The notes beneath the pieces were generated by a model. It saw nothing but the letters and a program-made list of their open reading frames with translations. It did not search any database and was not told the DNA's origin. A stretch of 64,000 nt of DNA, taken from the NCBI GenBank assembly GCA_963730185.1, contig CAVSQW010000015.1, positions 256,001 to 320,000 of the forward strand, given 5' to 3'. The DNA comes from an uncultured Gemmatimonadales bacterium. GTDB taxonomy: Bacteria > Gemmatimonadota > Gemmatimonadetes > Gemmatimonadales > GWC2-71-9. The first letter of the stretch is position 1; the number at the start of each line of letters is the position of its first letter. Shown in pieces: positions 58,335 through 64,000 of this stretch. A program made the translations under genes and the position numbers.

Positions 58335-60962
58335 ATGCTCCGCCGACCCCTTCGGGCGGCCTTCCCGGCCGTCTGCCTGATCATCGCCGTCGCCTGCTCG
58401 TCGGGCCCAACCGAACCGCCCCCGCCGCCCCCCCCGCCCCCGCTCACCATCGCGGTCAGTCCGAGCAGCCTGAGCCTCACCGTAGGCGAGACGGGCCAGC
58501 TCTCGGCCACCGTCAGCGGCGGAAGCGGCTCGGTGGTCTGGAGCTCGTCGGACCAGAGCGTCGCGACGGTGACGTCGAGCGGCCTGGTGACCGGCGTCAC
58601 GGCCGGCTCCGCCACGATCACCGCCTCGATCAGCGGGCAAAGCGCCACGGCCTCGGCGAGCGTGACGGTTACCGAGCCGGTGCTGGACGCCCAATTGACC
58701 GGACTCACCCAGAACGGACAGCCGGCGAATCTGGCGGATCTCCATGGGGTGGTGGACTTCCAGGTCGATCTGAGCGTGCCGACCGGATTCAACGGCACGC
58801 TCGAAGCCCGGGCCGACGACGTGACCATCGGGAGCGTGGAGATCGTCGACGGCGTGGCCCAGAGCGGCCTGGCGCTGGGACCAGCCGCGGCGAGGGCGGC
58901 CGTCGTGGCGATCGCGGGCAACACCGGAGCGATCGACGTGGTCGGCGACGAGGTGATCGGCAGGCTCCCGAACGCGAGCCATCTCTTCGACGTGGCCGTG
59001 GTCCAACTCGGGGGCGTCGTCGTCCGTTCCGGCTCGGTTCAGGGGACCACCAACAATCCGCCGGCCGCCGCGGTCATCCGGGGGACGCCCGGCGGCCCGC
59101 AGGCCACCAACCCCGTCACCGGGATCGACTATTTTGGCGGCGGCTTGGACGCCACGGTGGCCGGCGTCGCCTACGACGGCAGCCTGGTGACCCAACTCTC
59201 GGGCGAGCTCTCGCGGATCGAGGTGCTCCAGGGACCGTCGACCCCGGCCCAGTTCGGCGGGAACGCGACCGCCGGCGCGCTCAACGTCGTGCTCACCGCC
59301 AACGACCTGGCGGGGATCGGCGAGGGCAAGTTCGGCCTCACCAATCTGGCGGTGACCACCGCCGCCGGCACGACGCCGGTCGAGCTCCTGAACGGAAAGC
59401 CCGGGTTCGGCGGGTTGCCTCTGGCCGAGTGGTACTTCGATCACCTGGCACCGACCGCTCCGGCCGACGCGTTCGACCTCGGCGGCACGGTCTGGCTGCC
59501 GTCGAGCTATGACTTCGCGGCCCGGGCCCAGGCGACCGGCTTCACGTGGACGGGCCTCAACCCCAAGGTGCTGGACGAGGGCGTCGGTGGGGTCGACTGC
59601 AAGTTCAAGTTCTCCGCCGCCCTGGCGGCGCTCGACGCCCAGGCCTTCGTCAACACGGCCGGGGACCTCGGGATCGAGACGGCCAGTCCCAACCTCTATG
59701 GGCGGGCCTACTGTTCGGACCTGTTCGGCCAGCCGGTCACGGTCGACCTGACCGACGGGCTGGGCAGCCTCCGTCAGGTCGGCACCGACTTCACGCCGCC
59801 CACCATCGACTTCGTCGACATGAGCGGGGCGGAGACCGGGATCCCCGCCAACGCCATCAACCCGTTGTCGGGCCAGCCGCTGCTCTGGGACGGAACCGAC
59901 CCGACCCCGGCGGGAGGGGCAAGCGGGCTGGCGGCCACCCCGTATTGGCTGACGGGAACGGCCTGGGGACCGAGCTTCACGCCGGCGCAGCAGTGCGTGA
60001 CCGGGACGTTTGCGAACAACGTGTGTCAACCGATCGGGTTCACGACGGGGCGCTTCCTGCCCAGCCTGTCGGTCTCCGCGACGTACAGGTACGACCTGAC
60101 CGCCCTCGACGGGGCCGGCAATCAAAGCCTGGTCGCCACCCGCTACTTCGTGTCCGATCCGAACCCACCCACGGTCACGGGGTACCAATCCGACGCCCAG
60201 TTCGTGGCCGGGAGCCCGATGACGGCGAGCTACACCATCGATGACGACTACAAGCTGATCGATGCCGGCGTGGCGCTCGACTTCGGGCTGCCGACCAAGC
60301 TCCTGATTGGGCGCCAGCACCTGAGCGACCTCTTCGACGGTACCTACCCCAACCACTACGCGTACAGCGTCACCACGCCCTTCATCGCCTCGATGGAGCA
60401 GCTCACAACCAGCTCGAAGGGCTTCTTGGTGCCCGACATGATGGAGCATCGGGTCACCTCGCTGTACTACGGCGGGTCCGATGCCGGCCACAACTTTACC
60501 TATCAGGTCGAGAACAACCTCTCGAGCAAGACCCAATACAACTTCACGTCGTTCCGGCAGGGGATGACCGGCTTGGATCGGGTGGAGTGGGACCGGCCGT
60601 CGGCGACGGTGTGCTACAATCCGTTCGGCGCCGGGGGAGACTGTCAGGGGGTGCCCGAGCAGGTCGACATCGGCCTTCATCTCTACTATCCGGCCGGCGG
60701 CATGGACCGGATCCAGGACGTCCTGATGGGCAAGACGGCCGATCTGAACGGTCTCTCGGTGGGCGTGCCCCAGGCCTATCCCGTGACCCGGCAGATGACC
60801 GACTTCGGGAGTTACTTCGAGGTGACCTTTTCGTCGAAGATCATGGGCTCGCTGCATCCCCCGGGCGCCTACCAGTGGATGGGGTGGGCGTTGGACGGGG
60901 AAGGCAACGCGCTGGAGCTGCCGAGGATTCCCCTCACCGTCACTCTGGCGGTCAAGTTCTGA
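58335..60962 (+). CDS. Large Ig-like-domain surface lipoprotein (875 aa), homologue of 26645-29419
   Basis: Lipobox IAVAC; poly-Pro linker; Big_2-like VVWSSSDQSVATVTSSGLVTG; beta-rich body. Confidence 0.85.
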   Translation: MLRRPLRAAFPAVCLIIAVACSSGPTEPPPPPPPPPLTIAVSPSSLSLTVGETGQLSATVSGGSGSVVWSSSDQSVATVTSSGLVTGVTAGSATITASISGQSATASASVTVTEPVLDAQLTGLTQNGQPANLADLHGVVDFQVDLSVPTGFNGTLEARADDVTIGSVEIVDGVAQSGLALGPAAARAAVVAIAGNTGAIDVVGDEVIGRLPNASHLFDVAVVQLGGVVVRSGSVQGTTNNPPAAAVIRGTPGGPQATNPVTGIDYFGGGLDATVAGVAYDGSLVTQLSGELSRIEVLQGPSTPAQFGGNATAGALNVVLTANDLAGIGEGKFGLTNLAVTTAAGTTPVELLNGKPGFGGLPLAEWYFDHLAPTAPADAFDLGGTVWLPSSYDFAARAQATGFTWTGLNPKVLDEGVGGVDCKFKFSAALAALDAQAFVNTAGDLGIETASPNLYGRAYCSDLFGQPVTVDLTDGLGSLRQVGTDFTPPTIDFVDMSGAETGIPANAINPLSGQPLLWDGTDPTPAGGASGLAATPYWLTGTAWGPSFTPAQQCVTGTFANNVCQPIGFTTGRFLPSLSVSATYRYDLTALDGAGNQSLVATRYFVSDPNPPTVTGYQSDAQFVAGSPMTASYTIDDDYKLIDAGVALDFGLPTKLLIGRQHLSDLFDGTYPNHYAYSVTTPFIASMEQLTTSSKGFLVPDMMEHRVTSLYYGGSDAGHNFTYQVENNLSSKTQYNFTSFRQGMTGLDRVEWDRPSATVCYNPFGAGGDCQGVPEQVDIGLHLYYPAGGMDRIQDVLMGKTADLNGLSVGVPQAYPVTRQMTDFGSYFEVTFSSKIMGSLHPPGAYQWMGWALDGEGNALELPRIPLTVTLAVKF

Positions 60963-60978
60963 CCGCCTGGCGGCCGGG

Positions 60979-61695
60979 TCACATGCTCTGGACGCCGAGC
61001 CCCACGACGTCGTCCACCTGGACGGTCTCCTGAGTGAAGAACGGCTCGCCGTAGCGGGTCCGAATCAGGGAGCCGTAGTGCCCGTTCTGGGTCTCGATCA
61101 GGTTGTAGAGATTCTGCCCGGCCGGGAAGATCTCACCGGCGCTCACGGCGTCGTCGAACTGGCTGGCGTAGCAGCGGATGGCGGCCATCTTGCGCTCGAA
61201 CTGGTCGCTGATGTCCACCACGAAGGTCGGCTTGACCGGGTCCTCGCGGTAGGCCAGGGCGTAGAGGATCTTGAAGGGTCGATGGGCAGTCCCGGCCGCG
61301 GGATACTTCGCCAGGCCGGCCAGGAAGCAGGCGTCGCGGGAGAGCTCCGAGGCGATCCGGTGGTCCGGGTGCCGGCCGACGGGAAAAGGCAGGATCACCA
61401 CCCGCGGTGCGAAATGGCGGATCGCCTCGACCACCACCCGGCGGGTCTCCTCGGTGTTCTCCAAATGGGCGTCCGGCAGGCCGGCGTTTCGCCGCTCCGT
61501 CACCCCGATGACGTCGGCCGCCCGGGCGGCCTCGGTCGCTCGGAGCTCGGCGTTTCCCCGGGTGCCGGTTTCGCCGGCCGTGAGGTCGAGGATGCCGGTG
61601 CGATGTCCCTGGTCATGGGCCCGGATCAAGGTCCCGGCGCAGGTGAGCTCCACGTCGTCACGATGAGCGGCGATGGCGAGGACGTCGACGGGCAT
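60979..61695 (-). CDS. bshB1: PIG-L family deacetylase, bacillithiol BshB1-like
   Basis: AHRDDVEL..AGTL, DLT.GE.GTRG, RHPDH, DACFLAGL, KM.AI.CY.SQF, YGEPF. Confidence 0.85.
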   Translation of the reverse strand: MPVDVLAIAAHRDDVELTCAGTLIRAHDQGHRTGILDLTAGETGTRGNAELRATEAARAADVIGVTERRNAGLPDAHLENTEETRRVVVEAIRHFAPRVVILPFPVGRHPDHRIASELSRDACFLAGLAKYPAAGTAHRPFKILYALAYREDPVKPTFVVDISDQFERKMAAIRCYASQFDDAVSAGEIFPAGQNLYNLIETQNGHYGSLIRTRYGEPFFTQETVQVDDVVGLGVQSM

Positions 61696-61727
61696 CGGGA
61701 TCGTCCGTTCCAGGGTGAATGGGGGCG

Positions 61728-62966
61728 TTACTCGTAGCGCAGCGCGTCGACCGGGTCCATCCGGGCGGCCCGATTGGCCGGGTAGAGGCCGAACGCGAGC
61801 CCGATCCCAACCGAGACCGCGACGGCCACGACCGCGCTCCAGAGCGGCGGGCGCGCCTCGATCTTCAGGGCGAACTTGACCAGCTCGCCGAAGCCCATGC
61901 CCGCGGCGATCCCGAGGAGCCCGCCCACCATCGTGAGGGTGGCGGCCTCGACCAGAAACTGCCAGAGAATCTCCCGCTGGGTGGCGCCGAGCGCCTTGCG
62001 GGTGCCGATCTCCCTGGTCCGGCTGGTGACGGACACCATCATGATCGCCATCACGCCGATCCCGCCGACCAGGAGGGCCACCCCCGACAGCGCGACCATC
62101 ACCAGGAAGAACGCCCCGGTCAGCTTGCTCATCGCCTCCAGCACCTGGTCCTGGGTGATCAGGTCGAAGTCGTTCGCGGTTCCGGGGCGGAGACCGCGAT
62201 GGCGCCGCATGGCGACAGTCACCTGATCGCGGACATCATCGATCGAGAGCCCCTCGCGGCCGAGCACCACGATGAACTGCTCCATCGTCTCGTTCAGGTG
62301 GAAGCTGTTCTGGGCCAGCCGGAACGGCGCGATCAGGCCGGTGCCGGTGCCCTGCGGCGCGAAGACGTTGTCCGGCTGGCGCCAGACGCCGATGACCTGG
62401 AGGGCCCGGTCGCTGACCCGGACGTACTTCCCCAGCGGCTGCTCCCGGCCGAAGAGCTTGTCGGCGACCTCTTCGGACAGCACCGCGACCGGCGCGCCGC
62501 TCCTGATCTCCGATGGAACGAAGAAGCGGCCGGAGACCAGGGTGCCGCCCATCAGGTCCATGAATCGGTCGTCGCCGCCGAAGACCGTCGTCGACTGGGT
62601 GTGAGCTCCCGCCCGCTCGATCCGCCGGAGGGTCTTGCCCCAGAGCGCGGCGTGGCGGACGGCGGGCGACTTCTCGATCGCGGCGGCGTCGGCGTCGTCG
62701 AGGACCGGCCGGATCCGGACCGCCGGCGGCAGGTTGTCCGGGTTCACGAAGGACCCGGCCTGGAGCCGGAAGACGTAGAGCGTGTTCGGCACGGCGGCGT
62801 TCAGGGCGTTGAAGATCTGGGCCCGGATCCCCTCCACGATCGACGCCATCGTCATCACCGTGGACACCCCGATCACCACGCCGAGGATGGTCAGGAACGA
62901 CCGGAGCTTGTTGGCCCGAAGGGAATCGAGCGCGATCCGGACGCCCTCGTCGAGGTTCCGGACCAC
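61728..62966 (-). CDS. MacB/FtsX-like ABC transporter permease
   Basis: NKLRSFLTILGVVIGV, LLVGGIGVM.IM.VSV..RTREIG.RKALGA, QFLVE, PA.RAA.MDP..ALRYE. Confidence 0.93.
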   Translation of the reverse strand: MVRNLDEGVRIALDSLRANKLRSFLTILGVVIGVSTVMTMASIVEGIRAQIFNALNAAVPNTLYVFRLQAGSFVNPDNLPPAVRIRPVLDDADAAAIEKSPAVRHAALWGKTLRRIERAGAHTQSTTVFGGDDRFMDLMGGTLVSGRFFVPSEIRSGAPVAVLSEEVADKLFGREQPLGKYVRVSDRALQVIGVWRQPDNVFAPQGTGTGLIAPFRLAQNSFHLNETMEQFIVVLGREGLSIDDVRDQVTVAMRRHRGLRPGTANDFDLITQDQVLEAMSKLTGAFFLVMVALSGVALLVGGIGVMAIMMVSVTSRTREIGTRKALGATQREILWQFLVEAATLTMVGGLLGIAAGMGFGELVKFALKIEARPPLWSAVVAVAVSVGIGLAFGLYPANRAARMDPVDALRYE

Positions 62967-62967
62967 G

Positions 62968-64000
62968 TCAGGCCTCCACCCGCATCGCGGTGATCGGATC
63001 GAGCCGGGCGGCCCGGCTCGCGGGGTACACCCCGAAGGCGATGCCGGTCCCGGCGCCGAGGGCGAGCGAGAGCGCCACCGACCAGGGCGTAACCCGGGCC
63101 GGCAGGGGGCTGGCCAGGGCGATCAGCCCGGCCAACGCCGCCCCGGAGAGCACCCCCAAGGCGCCGCCCATGGCGGAGAGAAGGACGGATTCCACCAGGA
63201 ACTGACGCCGGATGTCCCGGGCCCGGGCTCCGAGCGACTTCCGGATCCCGATCTCCCGGGTCCGCTCCGTGACCGCCATCAGCATGATGTTCATGATCAC
63301 GATCCCGCCGACGATGATCCCGATCGCCACGACCGCCGGCACCACGGTAAAGAGCACCTGGGTGAGGGCGGTCCAGAAGGCCACCAGGGCATCGGCCTTG
63401 TCGACCGTGAAGTCGTCCTCCTCCGACGGCCGGAGTCGGTGCGCCACCCGCATCGCCTCCTCGGCCCGCGCCATGGCGTCGGCGATCTCCTCGGGATGGC
63501 GCATCTTGACCGACACGGTGGTGGTGAGCCGGCGCCCGTACATCGTCTCGAAAGTGGGGATCGGCACCATCACGAACGCGTCGAACGATTGCCCCAACAT
63601 GCTGCCCTTGGGCTCCACGACGCCCTTGATCCGGAGGGGCAGGGAGCCGACCCGGATGGTCCGTCCGATGGCGCGCTCCGGTCCGTCGAACAGCTTGTCG
63701 GCCACGTCGTAGCCGACCACGGCGACGTAGCGGCGCTCCCGGATGTCGGGCGCGGTCAGCGGCTCGCCCGCGGCGAACCGGTAGTCCTGCACCGTCTGGT
63801 ATCCCGGCGTCACCCCCACCACCAGGACGCTGCCGATAGTCCGGGACCGGTAGCGGAGGTCCACGGCGGGCGTCGGCCATCCGGTCTGGAGCGCCACTGC
63901 CTCGGCGTCGGGGAGCGCGGCCTCGACGGCGGCGGCGTCCTCCGCGGTGACCTGGGGCCGCATCCGGATCCGCCGCATCTCCTGGTCGGAGGCGAGTGCC
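62968..64000 (-). CDS. MacB/FtsX-like ABC transporter permease (5'-truncated by the window)
   Basis: VGGIVIMNIML.AVTERTREIGIRKSLGA, QFLVES, PASRAARLDPI; frame open to the window edge. Confidence 0.92.
   Translation of the reverse strand, partial: ALASDQEMRRIRMRPQVTAEDAAAVEAALPDAEAVALQTGWPTPAVDLRYRSRTIGSVLVVGVTPGYQTVQDYRFAAGEPLTAPDIRERRYVAVVGYDVADKLFDGPERAIGRTIRVGSLPLRIKGVVEPKGSMLGQSFDAFVMVPIPTFETMYGRRLTTTVSVKMRHPEEIADAMARAEEAMRVAHRLRPSEEDDFTVDKADALVAFWTALTQVLFTVVPAVVAIGIIVGGIVIMNIMLMAVTERTREIGIRKSLGARARDIRRQFLVESVLLSAMGGALGVLSGAALAGLIALASPLPARVTPWSVALSLALGAGTGIAFGVYPASRAARLDPITAMRVEA

Overview
A 64-kb, very GC-rich (about 70%) bacterial chromosomal segment made mostly of core genes. The gene content (dnaX-ybaB-recR-mglBA-pgsA-cinA, a GWxTD-like protein, bshB1, ECF/kinase pairs) suggests Gemmatimonadota, which is an inference. 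Left to right: peptidoglycan-recycling operon (murQ-anmK-nagZ-Na+/solute symporter); Ser/Thr kinase-PP2C-FHA/protease operon divergent from an amidase and a GWxTD-like gene; frameshifted class II ribonucleotide reductase; PLD-family and glycoside-hydrolase-like genes; helical-repeat protein plus HD-GYP pair; ispG-ccdA-tlpA-redoxin; a 924-aa Ig-domain surface lipoprotein and a subtilase; pgi, phnP-like and pyk; a DnaA-box cluster with an AT-rich patch (probable oriC, no dnaA nearby); class II aldolase, ytxH, yihY; SRP RNA; dnaX to cinA; grpE-dnaJ; ppk1, S9 peptidase, mnmA, cysteine desulfurase; an ECF sigma factor/TPR-kinase pair divergent from a second homologous Ig-domain lipoprotein; bshB1; two MacB-like permeases. 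Main unusual signals: (i) five intergenic arrays of a G-rich heptamer (TAGGGAG-like), three as long inverted pairs, all within about 13 kb of the putative origin; (ii) two collinear roughly 900-aa surface lipoprotein paralogues with different regulatory contexts; (iii) an FHA-TM-trypsin protease coupled to a kinase and phosphatase; (iv) an SRP RNA lacking the GNRA tetraloop; (v) apparent CTG start codons in CTGA overlaps. Single-base frameshifts in nrdJ, pyk and one hypothetical gene suggest indel-prone assembly. I found no tRNA, rRNA, CRISPR array or transposase.
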